Shown here one piece after another: positions 1-8,315 of a stretch of DNA of 64,000 nt. The stretch comes from Betaproteobacteria bacterium. GTDB taxonomy: Bacteria > Pseudomonadota > Gammaproteobacteria > Burkholderiales > JACQAP01. The stretch spans positions 9,326-73,325 of the forward strand of contig JANLTJ010000261.1 of NCBI GenBank assembly GCA_031362885.1. Direction: 5' to 3'. The notes beneath the pieces are model-generated. The model was not told where the DNA came from and ran no database searches. It worked only from the letters and a program-made list of their open reading frames with translations. The first letter of the stretch is position 1. Every line of letters starts with the position of its first letter. A program made the translations under genes and the position numbers.

Positions 1-155
1 TCGCCGCGCTCGATGTAGCCCGGCCAGGCGACGATATCTACGACGCCCTCGCCTTTGCCAACCTTGTCTTGTCTGGCCAGTGCCGGAGTGGTGCAAAGTA
101 CAACGGCGGCAAACGCCGCCAATAAACAGCTTCCTGAAGTCTTGCAGATCGACAT
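1..155 (-). CDS. periplasmic solute-binding protein, N-terminal fragment (PotD/PotF-like ABC substrate-binding family); runs off the left edge
   Basis: Reverse-strand ATG at 155-153 preceded by AGGAGA. Hand translation is MSICKTSGSCLLAAFAAVVLCTTPALARQDKVGKGEGVVDIVAWPGYIERG: a signal peptide followed by a VAWPGYIE motif typical of family-1 solute-binding proteins. Absent from the ORF track because it is truncated. Confidence 0.5.
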   Translation of the reverse strand, partial: MSICKTSGSCLLAAFAAVVLCTTPALARQDKVGKGEGVVDIVAWPGYIERG

Positions 156-312
156 GGAGTTCTCCTCGCGTAGTGGGTTTCCCGGAATCGGGAGGGAAAT
201 CAACCACGAGACTACGCCCAGCCGGATAAACCGGCAAGTGCATCCGTCGTGCCCGCATCATTGAATCCGCTGCCATAGTTTGCGATCCAGCGATGCGGGA
301 ACCCTGACTCGA

Positions 313-2388
313 CTACTGCGCGAGCGGTAGTTTCAGTAACAACTGGGCACCGCGGCCGGGCAGCGGATAGGCGCTGAACCGGCCGGGCGTGAAAATGCTG
401 GTGACGGCGTAGCTGTAATACTGTTCATCGAACAAGTTCGTAACCGCCAGTTCCAGGCTCAGCCGTTTGAGGTCATATCCCAGCCGCACGTCGGTCACGG
501 AATAAGCGGGAATCTGGGTTCCGAAATCGTTTTCTTCATCGTTTTCCATGTATTGGCTGCTAACGTAGCTCGACACGGCATCGACTCGGAGTTGTTCGCT
601 CAGCGCGAATCCGGCGCTCAGGCTGGCGCGATGGCGAGCGACCAGAGGCACGATTTTCCCGGCGATGCTGGTGGTACCACCGGCGATGCTGCCTTGCAGA
701 AACTCCGCCTCGGTATAGGTATAGACCAGGCGAAGATCGCCGCGCGGTGTTGGCCGTGTGGCGAGCTCGAGTTCGATGCCGCGTCGTCGCGACGGCGCGA
801 GATTGGTGTTGCCGGTGCCGAAACTGAATGGATCGAGATGAATCTCGTTCTTGATGTCGGTGCGAAACACGCCCATGCGTGCGCTTGAGCGCGCGGACTT
901 CCAGTCCAGACCGGTCTCATATGTAAGCGAGGTCTGCGGCCGCAGGAACTGGAATTCCTGCTCGAAGCTTGCTGATCCCTCGTACAGTTCATCCACCGTG
1001 GCAAAGCGAAAGGCGCGCGTACCACGCCCATATGCCGACCACCGATCGAAAAAGGTTTGCCGAAGACCGAGCTCCAGCGCGTGCTGCCGCTCTTTCTGCT
1101 CTCCCTGCGGCGAGCCACCATTGGTAAACGAGGGGTTGGGAGCGGTGGGATCGAAAGCATCGGTGGCTTCGATATTGAACCACTCCACCCGCGCACCTCC
1201 CGAGAGCGTGGTATTCGGCCCAAGCGACAAAGTCTCCAGCGCGTACAGGGCACGATTCTCCTGGCTTGCGTCCACGCGATGGATGGGCTGCCCGATAGCT
1301 GCCGCCGAACTCGCCTGTGCCAATTGATAGTCCCAGCGATACCAGTCAAATCCCAAAACCAGATTTCCCGTAATTGCCAACATGGAATGATCGAAGCGCA
1401 GCCGCGGCGTAATCGCAAGAACATCCAGCGCCACTTCGCGATAATCGGGGAAACCACTGAAATCGAAATAGGAAACCTGTTCTTTGCGGCGATAGGACAG
1501 ACCAAGTATTCCGGTCAACCCGTCACCGCCACGCGACCAGTCAAATTGCAGCGAACCATCGTCGCGTTTTGCATAGTCCTTTGGCGTGGTGGCTCCACGG
1601 GGGTCCGTTTCAAGCTGATTCTGACCGATGCTGGGCTGCACAGCGCGGCCCCCCGGCAGGCGCAGATTCTGGCTCGCACCGGAAAAGCGCAGCGATAACT
1701 CGTCGCCACCCAGACGCCATCTTGCGTCCGCGAATGCTGCGGATTGAATATTGCGGTTGTTTTCGCGATAGCCTTGCGAATCGAAGTAGGATCCGCCCAG
1801 TCGCAATCCGGCCGACTCGGCCGCCAATTCGCCATCGGCTCGCGCCGTATAAGTCTCGAAACTTCCCGCGCCCAGCGCAAGCGAACCCTGGTTTCCCGTA
1901 CTGCCTGGTTTCCTGGTGATGATGTTGATGACTCCCGATACCGCGCCATCGCCGTACAGGACCGCGCCGCTGCCGCGCACGATCTCTATGCGCTCGATGA
2001 AGTCCAGCGGAATGGAAGACCATTGCACGCCGGAAATATCGATATCGTTCTGCCTCCGCCCGTCGACCAGAATCAGGGTGTTTTGCGCTGCGGCGGCACC
2101 AAAGCCGCGCAGATCCACACTCGCCTGCGCGCCGTTGTTGCCGAACAAGTCCCTGCCTGCAACGCCGGCCTGGTAGGACAACAATTCGGGAACGGTGCGC
2201 GCCGGAGAACGACGGATGTCGTCCGAAGAAATCACCGTGACGCTCGCCGGCTTGTCGGAGTAAGAGTCTTGAAATCGGGTTGCCGTCACGACAACCTCGT
2301 CAACTGACAGGACCGCCGTTTCTTGCGCATAAGCGCTCGCGCTGACTAACAAACTGATCGATAGAACATGGATTCGCTGGTTTTTCAT
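313..2388 (-). CDS. btuB: TonB-dependent outer-membrane receptor, cobalamin (BtuB) type
   Basis: Track ORF 313..2394. Signal peptide, TonB box DEVVVTATR, plug domain plus beta-barrel, C-terminal aromatic-rich end. A cobalamin riboswitch lies directly upstream. ATG at 2388 sits 5 nt after a GGGAG Shine-Dalgarno and is preferred over the GTG at 2394. Confidence 0.8.
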   Translation of the reverse strand: MKNQRIHVLSISLLVSASAYAQETAVLSVDEVVVTATRFQDSYSDKPASVTVISSDDIRRSPARTVPELLSYQAGVAGRDLFGNNGAQASVDLRGFGAAAAQNTLILVDGRRQNDIDISGVQWSSIPLDFIERIEIVRGSGAVLYGDGAVSGVINIITRKPGSTGNQGSLALGAGSFETYTARADGELAAESAGLRLGGSYFDSQGYRENNRNIQSAAFADARWRLGGDELSLRFSGASQNLRLPGGRAVQPSIGQNQLETDPRGATTPKDYAKRDDGSLQFDWSRGGDGLTGILGLSYRRKEQVSYFDFSGFPDYREVALDVLAITPRLRFDHSMLAITGNLVLGFDWYRWDYQLAQASSAAAIGQPIHRVDASQENRALYALETLSLGPNTTLSGGARVEWFNIEATDAFDPTAPNPSFTNGGSPQGEQKERQHALELGLRQTFFDRWSAYGRGTRAFRFATVDELYEGSASFEQEFQFLRPQTSLTYETGLDWKSARSSARMGVFRTDIKNEIHLDPFSFGTGNTNLAPSRRRGIELELATRPTPRGDLRLVYTYTEAEFLQGSIAGGTTSIAGKIVPLVARHRASLSAGFALSEQLRVDAVSSYVSSQYMENDEENDFGTQIPAYSVTDVRLGYDLKRLSLELAVTNLFDEQYYSYAVTSIFTPGRFSAYPLPGRGAQLLLKLPLAQ

Positions 2389-2527
2389 TGCCACTCCCTA
2401 GTGTGCACACGCCCACCGCATGCGCGATTTTTGAAAAGGGAGTCCCGCCAGGTAAAGGCGAGCAAAAGGCTGGTGAAGGACAAGCCGCCACCGGATGCCC
2501 GCCCCGCGCGGAATCTCCGTTTGCGTC

Positions 2528-2700
2528 CAATGGGCCGGTATCCGGGCTTGCGCGTCGGGCGTGTCGCCTTCCCATGAAGCGGTCAATGATTCCGTCCGAC
2601 TTTCACAGTGGCATCGTGACACGCCCCTACAATCGCTTACCGTTGCGGGGGCAGCACAGGAATTGCACCGCCGGATCAATCACTGGCAAGCGCGCACCTG
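2528..2700 (-). promoter_or_regulatory. cobalamin (B12) riboswitch aptamer in the btuB leader
   Basis: The reverse strand reads GGCGGTGCAATTCCTGTGCTGCCCCCGCAACGGTAA (conserved GGTG..AAxTCC...GCxGxCCCGCxAC.GT core). It continues GCCACTG...GGGAAGGC and ends with a B12 box AAGCCCGGATACCGGCC (2549-2533), close to consensus AGYCMGGAGACCKGCC. Aptamer boundaries are approximate. Confidence 0.75.
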
Positions 2701-2895
2701 TTTCCCGTTTGACCCCGCCGAAGATAGTCGGTCGGAGCACCCGAGAACGTGCTTGGATTCTAACCGATGAAAACCCGGTCCGGCGAAAAACCCGGGCGGG
2801 CAGATCAGAGCACCGGCGTGGGCGGACCTGACTTTAGTGACTGCGCATGGCCGGCTGGTGGATGTCAAAGCACATTCAGAAAAATCTGTTAGCAG

Positions 2896-2925
2896 TTGAC
2901 TTATCACGCTTTTTATAACTATAGT
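2896..2925 (+). promoter_or_regulatory. sigma70-like promoter: TTGACT - 18 nt - TATAGT
   Basis: -35 TTGACT at 2896-2901 and -10 TATAGT at 2920-2925. The ATG of the next gene is at 2932, about where the transcription start would fall. Confidence 0.4.
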
Positions 2926-2931
2926 GCGATC

Positions 2932-3132
2932 ATGGAAGCCGAGCTTACAACCCTCGACGAGAAGATCAATCAGCTCGTCCAATTAACGCAAGAACTGCGC
3001 AAGGACAATTCCCGGCTGCGGCAAGACTTGGCTTCGATTCAAATTGAGAACAAACGCCTGTCCGGCAAGGTGGACGTGGCCAAAACGCGTCTCGAAGCAT
3101 TGCTCAGCGAGATTCCCGAAGGTACGGAATGA
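2932..3132 (+). CDS. small coiled-coil protein upstream of zapA (ZapB-like / TIGR02449-type)
   Basis: MEAELTTLDEKINQLVQLTQELRKDNSRLRQDLASIQIENKRLSGKVDVAKTRLEALLSEI has a heptad-like leucine pattern. Its stop overlaps the zapA start (ATGA). The track start, TTG 2896, coincides with the -35 box, so ATG 2932 is preferred. Confidence 0.6.
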   Translation: MEAELTTLDEKINQLVQLTQELRKDNSRLRQDLASIQIENKRLSGKVDVAKTRLEALLSEIPEGTE

Positions 3133-3443
3133 CAACCCAGACCAAGGGGGGCCTCGACGTAAGCATCATGGGGCGCGAGTTTCGCATCGCCTGTACCGAG
3201 GACGAACAGAAGGACCTGACCAAAGCCGTTGAATACCTGAATAACAAGATGCGCGATGTTCGCGACGCCGGAAAAGTCATCGGCGTTGAGCGCATTGCGA
3301 TCATGGCCGCGCTGAACATTACGCACGAACTCCTGTCCGCGCGCGTAGGCGGCGGGCTTGATGTCGGGGAGTTTAAGCGTAGAATCTCCCGCATGCAGGA
3401 AACCATCGACAAGTCGATCAACGGTCAGGACGAGTTGTTCTGA
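3129..3443 (+). CDS. zapA: cell division protein ZapA
   Basis: 104 aa. VSIMGREFRIACTEDEQKDLTKAVEYLNNKMRDVR...ERIAIMAALNITHELL matches the ZapA family pattern, and the gene sits immediately before 6S RNA as in E. coli. Confidence 0.85.
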   Translation: MTTQTKGGLDVSIMGREFRIACTEDEQKDLTKAVEYLNNKMRDVRDAGKVIGVERIAIMAALNITHELLSARVGGGLDVGEFKRRISRMQETIDKSINGQDELF

Positions 3444-3452
3444 CGCGAGTCA

Positions 3453-3632
3453 ATGTCCCCTGCGGTGTTCGTCAGGCTGTAATTCTTTGAACCAATGTTA
3501 ATCAGTTTGGTTGCTGCCTAAAGTAGCGCTGTTGTGCGCGTCCCCCGCGGAAGCGCCTGATGTGCTCGGAAAGCGACCGCCTTGAACTCCAGGTTCAAGA
3601 TGCCGGCCTGATGGGAATCGCGGGGGGCACCC
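3453..3632 (+). ncRNA. ssrS: 6S RNA
   Basis: Located directly after zapA. The ends pair as a closing stem (CCCCTGCG 3457-3464 with CGCGGGGGG 3619-3627; TCAGGC 3472-3477 with GCCTGA 3606-3611). The 3' arm CCTTGAACTCCAGGTTCAAG resembles E. coli CCUUGAACCAAGGGUUCAAGG. About 180 nt; ends are +/-5 nt. Confidence 0.8.
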
Positions 3633-3693
3633 TTTTCGCGTTCATGCGCGGACGCATTCGCTGCTCCGGTTGCTTATGTTCGACAATCCGATG

Positions 3694-3723
3694 GAGTTCC
3701 GGAACACCGGAACTCTATTTTTT
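3694..3723 (+). terminator. rho-independent terminator after ssrS
   Basis: GAGTTCCGG-aaca-CCGGAACTC stem (9 bp) followed by TATTTTTT. Confidence 0.7.
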
Positions 3724-3751
3724 CGCGTAACCGGCTGATGGTGGTGCGATC

Positions 3752-4207
3752 ATGAAATACTGGTTGATGAAATCCGAACCCGGGGTCTTTGGCATTGATG
3801 AACTGGCGCGATCTCCATGCAACACGGCCGCCTGGTGGGGCGTGCGCAACTATCAGGCGCGCAATTTCATGCGCGACGACATGGCGGTCGGTGACGCCGT
3901 GTTTTTCTACCACTCGAGTTGCCCGGAGCCCGGCATCGCGGGCATCGCCAAAGTGTCGAAGCGCGCCTATCCGGACGCAACCCAGTTTGATAGCAAGAGC
4001 GAGTACTTTGACCCCAAAGCCTCGCGCGCGCAGCCGCGCTGGTTCAATGTCGATGTAACTCTGGTCAGGAAAACCCGCGTTCTCGGGCTGGTGGAATTAC
4101 GTTCGCATCCGCAACTCGCGGCATTGCGCGTGCTTCAACGCGGCAACCGACTGTCCATCACACCGATGAGCGCGCAGGAAGGCGAATTCATCATGACGCT
4201 GCTGTAG
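3752..4207 (+). CDS. EVE (PUA-like) domain protein
   Basis: 151 aa. N-terminus MKYWLMKSEPGVFGIDEL and the central WWGVRNYQARNFMRD...GDAVFFYHS are typical of stand-alone EVE/THYN1-like proteins. Confidence 0.8.
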   Translation: MKYWLMKSEPGVFGIDELARSPCNTAAWWGVRNYQARNFMRDDMAVGDAVFFYHSSCPEPGIAGIAKVSKRAYPDATQFDSKSEYFDPKASRAQPRWFNVDVTLVRKTRVLGLVELRSHPQLAALRVLQRGNRLSITPMSAQEGEFIMTLL

Positions 4208-4219
4208 CCGGGCTGCGTC

Positions 4220-5014
4220 ATGGAATGGTGGATCGCTTATCTGTTGATGGGACTGTTCGTCGGCTTCTTCGCCGGCCTGCTCGGCATCGGTGGCGGCCTG
4301 ATTCTGGTCACGCTGATGGTGTATTTGTTCACCTTGCAGGGTTTTCCGGAAGACCGTTTGCTGCATCTGGCGCTGGGCACATCTCTCGCGAGCATTGTCT
4401 TCACTTCGATTTCCAGTTTTCTCGCGCACCACAAACGCGGCGCAGTGCGCTGGGACATGGTGCGGATCGCCGGGCCAGGATTGATCCTCGGTACTTTGCT
4501 CGGCACGGTGGTGGCCGACCAACTCCGGTCGAAGTATCTCGCCATCTTTTTCGTTGTTTTTGTTTACTTCTCGGCGGTGCAGATGTTCGCCGATATGAAA
4601 CCGAAACCGGCCCGGCAGCTTCCCGGCAAGGCAGGCCTGAGTCTGGCGGCGATCATCGTCGGTGTCATTTCCAGCCTGGTCGGCGTCGGCGGCGGTGTGA
4701 TAACCATCCCGCTGATGACGCTTTGCAATGTGCCGATGCGTCAGGCCATCGGCACGTCCGCGGGATTCGGCCTGCCGATCGCCGTGGCCGGGGCGATTGG
4801 CTTTATCGTCACGGGCCTGGGCAAGGAGCATCTGCCAGCGATGAGCATCGGGTATGTTTATCTGCCGGCACTGATCGGAATCGTCATCGGCACATCAGTC
4901 ACGGTACCCTGGGGTGCAAGGATGGCACACAGCGTGCCTGTGCCCAAGCTGAAGAAGATCTTTGCCGTCATCCTGTTCATTCTTGCAACCAGGATGGTGT
5001 GGACATTGCTTTAG
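4220..5014 (+). CDS. TauE/SafE family (DUF81) anion exporter-like membrane protein
   Basis: 264 aa with about 8 hydrophobic helices. Repeated GxGGG motifs (LLGIGGGLILV, LVGVGGGVITIP) are characteristic of the family. Confidence 0.8.
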   Translation: MEWWIAYLLMGLFVGFFAGLLGIGGGLILVTLMVYLFTLQGFPEDRLLHLALGTSLASIVFTSISSFLAHHKRGAVRWDMVRIAGPGLILGTLLGTVVADQLRSKYLAIFFVVFVYFSAVQMFADMKPKPARQLPGKAGLSLAAIIVGVISSLVGVGGGVITIPLMTLCNVPMRQAIGTSAGFGLPIAVAGAIGFIVTGLGKEHLPAMSIGYVYLPALIGIVIGTSVTVPWGARMAHSVPVPKLKKIFAVILFILATRMVWTLL

Positions 5015-5028
5015 GAAAGTTGCCGGCG

Positions 5029-5874
5029 CTAGTTCTGAATCCTGACCAGTTGGCGAATCTCTTCTGGTAACAATATCGTTTCTCCGTTTGCCGACCAGCC
5101 CTGTGTGGCAGCGGCAAGGCCGATGGCATTGATGCGCTCCTGATCGAGCGGATGGGTGCGTAATAAGGCCGGCACGTCGGCAATCTGTTCTTTACCTTCT
5201 TCCCGCAGTAACCGGAAAATCTGGTCGGCGCCGGCGACATGACCGTACAACTTCGCTACGGTTTGCAACGCATCCGCGTCGGCATCACGCTCCTGCGACC
5301 GGCTGAAAGTCAATGCAGTCAATAGGCCGGCACTTCCCAGTGTATTGCCAGCGATGTCTGCGCCCGCGCCCGCCGAGAGGGTTGCCAGTGCAATGCCGAT
5401 CGCGAGCCCTCTGCCCAGTGAAGCAATGGGGTGGCGCAATTTTACGTGGGCAATCTCGTGGCTGATGACCATCGCCAATGCGTTCTCGCTCGGCATCTTG
5501 TTCAACAGCCCGCGAAACAAAACCACATTGCCGCCGAGAGTGGCAAAAGCGTTTATCGTCGGCTCATCGACGTAGTGCACGTTGATACGCATGCCTTCAG
5601 GAAGTTCCTGCGCGGCGGCAATCCGGTCCGCGAGCTGTTGCAGATACGACGTTACCGGTCCGGGTGCCGGAAGTGCGTCGGGGAAACGCGCGGCCACCTT
5701 CAGTTCAGTTGCAAACGGAATGTACTTTGCGAGTTTGTCCGCCAGCAATCCCAGTGCGGTAAAAACGATTGCCGCGGCCACCAGAAGACCTCCGAGCAGA
5801 CGCAACAAATCAAGCAGCGGCTGGGAGCGGCTTACGTTGATTCCTTCGGGCAATTCGGGATTCTGATACCTCAC
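5029..5874 (-). CDS. M48 family zinc metallopeptidase, membrane anchored
   Basis: 281 aa. N-terminal TM helix, HEIAHVKLRH (HExxH), and downstream ERDADA / HPLDQERI typical of M48 (HtpX/Ste24-like) peptidases. Confidence 0.8.
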   Translation of the reverse strand: MRYQNPELPEGINVSRSQPLLDLLRLLGGLLVAAAIVFTALGLLADKLAKYIPFATELKVAARFPDALPAPGPVTSYLQQLADRIAAAQELPEGMRINVHYVDEPTINAFATLGGNVVLFRGLLNKMPSENALAMVISHEIAHVKLRHPIASLGRGLAIGIALATLSAGAGADIAGNTLGSAGLLTALTFSRSQERDADADALQTVAKLYGHVAGADQIFRLLREEGKEQIADVPALLRTHPLDQERINAIGLAAATQGWSANGETILLPEEIRQLVRIQN

Positions 5875-5899
5875 GGCACGGCGGCGCTGCTTCGCAGAC

Positions 5900-6352
5900 T
5901 TAATTTGACGTCAAGGCGGTGCCATAGGCCATGACTTCCACCGCACCGAAGCTTCTCCGATTACGACCGGGAATTGAAAAGGTCTGAAATTTGACGTTGA
6001 CGATCATCCGGGCGCCTTTGTCGCGCGCTTCCTGCTTCATTCGCAGCACCGCCTCGCGACGCGCGCGATCGAGCAAGGATTCGTAAGCGCGTAGTCTCCC
6101 GCCGAAGATGCTTTGCAGTCCCGAAACCACGCGCTTGAAGTAGTCTTCCGAGACCACCACGCTACCTGTCACCAGAGCCTGACTCCGATTGCCGCTCAGC
6201 GGTGGAAAACGGTTGGAGAATATCAGGACACCGCTCATCTCCTTTTCGCGTTTGACGATGGAGCGATAATGACGGCGCTCGGCGATGCGGCCAACGGTAA
6301 AGCCGACGACCAGCAGTAACAGGAAAAGAATGAGATCGAGATATTGCGCCAT
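5900..6352 (-). CDS. YbjQ/UPF0145 domain protein with N-terminal transmembrane anchor
   Basis: 150 aa. An N-terminal helix (LILFLLLLVVGFTV) precedes a YbjQ-like domain (GGRLRAYESLLDRARREAVLRMKQEARDKGA..IVNVKF....VMAYGTA). Confidence 0.7.
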   Translation of the reverse strand: MAQYLDLILFLLLLVVGFTVGRIAERRHYRSIVKREKEMSGVLIFSNRFPPLSGNRSQALVTGSVVVSEDYFKRVVSGLQSIFGGRLRAYESLLDRARREAVLRMKQEARDKGARMIVNVKFQTFSIPGRNRRSFGAVEVMAYGTALTSN

Positions 6353-6372
6353 TTTCTTGTTCCCGGACCCGG

Positions 6373-6687
6373 TTACTCCAGGACCACGGCAGTGCCGTAG
6401 GCCAGCATTTCGGCGGCACCCTGGGTAATGGAAGAGGTCGAGAAGCGAATATTGAGCACGGCATTGGCGCCGGCCGATTTGGCCTGTTCGAGCATTCTAT
6501 CGGTGGCTTCCTGACGCGCCTCCTGCAATAGCTCGGTATAGCCCTTGAGTTCCCCTCCGACGATGTTCTTCAGTCCCGCGAGCAAGTCCTTCCCGACATG
6601 CTTGGAGCGAACCGTACTGCCCTGGACCAATCCCAGGTGCTTCGTGATGCGTTTGCCCGGTACGATTTCGAGGTTGCTGATCAGCAT
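6373..6687 (-). CDS. ybjQ: YbjQ/UPF0145 family protein (so-called heavy-metal-binding domain)
   Basis: 104 aa. GGELKGYTELLQEARQEATDRMLEQAKSAGANAVLNIRFSTS....MLAYGTAV is the canonical YbjQ pattern. Confidence 0.85.
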   Translation of the reverse strand: MLISNLEIVPGKRITKHLGLVQGSTVRSKHVGKDLLAGLKNIVGGELKGYTELLQEARQEATDRMLEQAKSAGANAVLNIRFSTSSITQGAAEMLAYGTAVVLE

Positions 6688-6723
6688 GGAATCTCCCCAG
6701 TTTCCGACTATGTTTCGATTATG

Positions 6724-6760
6724 CCATCCGGCGCGGTGCAGTCGCGCATCGCGCGGATGG
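6724..6760 (-). terminator. strong GC hairpin between the matB-like gene and ybjQ (terminator-like, no U tract)
   Basis: CCATCCG(G)CGCG...CGCGCGGATGG with further inner pairs, about 15 bp in total. It is not followed by a T run on either strand, so its role is uncertain. Confidence 0.3.
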
Positions 6761-6805
6761 ATTTGTCGCCGCTACACAGACCTGCGTGCGCCCAAGTGCA
6801 CAAGT

Positions 6806-8308
6806 TCAAGTATTGCTGAAGCGCTGACGAAGAACCGCCTTCTGCACTTTGCCCATGGCGTTACGCGGCAGATCGTTCACCAAATGAATTTGCTTGGGCA
6901 CCTTGAAGTTGGCAAGGTTGTTTTTCAGTGTCGCGATCAATTCGCCTGGATGGAGGTGCGCTCCGGCGCGTGCAACCACTACCGCGATCACGGCTTCGCC
7001 AAAATCGGCGTGCGGGATGCCGATGACCGCCGATTCAGCTACACCGGGCAGCGCTTCGAGCGCCAGTTCGATTTCCTTCGGATAGACATTGAAACCCCCG
7101 CTGATGATCAGATCCTTGGCGCGCCCGACGATGGAGACATATCCGTCGGCATCAAAGGTGCCGACATCCCCGGTCCGAAAGTGACCATCCGCGGTAAATT
7201 CTTCGGCGGTCTTTTCCGGCATCTGCCAGTAGCCCGCAAATACGTTCTCGCCCTTGATCTGAATTCCACCGATGGCGCCGGCGGGCATCGATCGATCATG
7301 GTCATCCGCCACTCTGACCGACACGCCCGGCAATGGAAAACCGACCGTGCCGCCGCGACGCTCTCCATTGAGCGGATTAGAGGTGATCATGCCGGCTTCG
7401 GACATGCCGTAGCGTTCCAGAATGGTATGGCCCGTGCGCGCGTGAAACTGCGTGAACGTTTCCATCTGCAGGGGCGCCGAACCGGAAATGAACAGGCGCA
7501 TGTTGCGGCAGGCCTCGCGGCCGAATCCGGTTTCCGTCAGCAGCCTGGTATAAAACGTGGGCACACCCATCATCACCGTGGCGTGCGCAAGATCGTGCAC
7601 GACCCGTTTTGCGTCGAACTTTCGATGCCAGAGCATTTTTGCACCGGACAGCAGCGCACAGTGATTGGCAACGAACAGTCCATGAACATGGAACACCGGC
7701 AGCGCGTGCAGCAGAACATCACAATCGCTGAATCCCCAGCAGTTCACCAGAACGCGAGCATTGGATTGCAAGTTGCGATGCGTCACCATCGCTCCTTTGG
7801 AGCGCCCTGTGGTCCCCGAGGTGTAGATGATAACGGCAAGATCGTCCGGCCCGGCGTCAACGGTTTCAAATTCTCCTGGTTGGGTTGCTGTTGCGTCCGT
7901 CAGGGTGCCGTTTCCTTGCTCATCGAGCGTAAGAACCTGAGTGTGTCCGTGCGCAAGTTCGCGCATCAGATCCAGTGACTGTGGCGCGCAAACGATTACC
8001 TTGGGCTGGGCATCTCCCAGGAAATAGGCCAACTCGGAGCGCTGGTATGCCGTATTGAGCGGCAAATAGACCAGTCCGGCACGCAGGCAGGCCAGATAGA
8101 GAAATAAGGAGGCCGGTGATTTGTCGACCTGCGCGGCAATACGGTCGCCACGCGCGGCACCGGCTTCGATCAGCGCGTGCGCATACTGTGCCGATTGATT
8201 TGCCAGTTGGGCTCGGCTGTAGCTGCGGCCGTCGTCGGTTTCCAGGAATGTCTGTTCGCGTCCGGCATCAATCACGGCCGCCACTGCGGCAAAGAAGTTT
8301 TCTGTCAT
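6806..8308 (-). CDS. matB: malonyl-CoA synthetase (malonate--CoA ligase), AMP-forming
   Basis: 500 aa. Long stretches resemble rhizobial MatB as I remember it: DR(I/V)A(A/V)QV(D/E)KS..(L/A)L.LYLACLR.G.VYLPLNTAY, YTSGTTGRSKGAM.TH.NL.SNA, HALP(V/I)FH.HGLFVA, MGVPTFY.RLL. Confidence 0.8.
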   Translation of the reverse strand: MTENFFAAVAAVIDAGREQTFLETDDGRSYSRAQLANQSAQYAHALIEAGAARGDRIAAQVDKSPASLFLYLACLRAGLVYLPLNTAYQRSELAYFLGDAQPKVIVCAPQSLDLMRELAHGHTQVLTLDEQGNGTLTDATATQPGEFETVDAGPDDLAVIIYTSGTTGRSKGAMVTHRNLQSNARVLVNCWGFSDCDVLLHALPVFHVHGLFVANHCALLSGAKMLWHRKFDAKRVVHDLAHATVMMGVPTFYTRLLTETGFGREACRNMRLFISGSAPLQMETFTQFHARTGHTILERYGMSEAGMITSNPLNGERRGGTVGFPLPGVSVRVADDHDRSMPAGAIGGIQIKGENVFAGYWQMPEKTAEEFTADGHFRTGDVGTFDADGYVSIVGRAKDLIISGGFNVYPKEIELALEALPGVAESAVIGIPHADFGEAVIAVVVARAGAHLHPGELIATLKNNLANFKVPKQIHLVNDLPRNAMGKVQKAVLRQRFSNT

Positions 8309-8315
8309 GGACCGT

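Noticed and set aside
55-264. 69-aa + strand ORF at the left edge
   Set aside because: It overlaps the start of the reverse-strand solute-binding gene, which has a Shine-Dalgarno and a signal peptide. The ORF itself has no protein-like features.
252-299. CCCGCATC ... GATGCGGG inverted repeat downstream of btuB as a terminator
   Set aside because: The loop is 32 nt with no convincing inner pairing, and there is no T tract. Too weak to call.
6545-7978. 477-aa ORF on the + strand
   Set aside because: It lies entirely antisense to the well-supported matB-like gene. Its Arg/Gly/His-rich composition shows no domain-like pattern. This is a typical shadow ORF of high-GC DNA.
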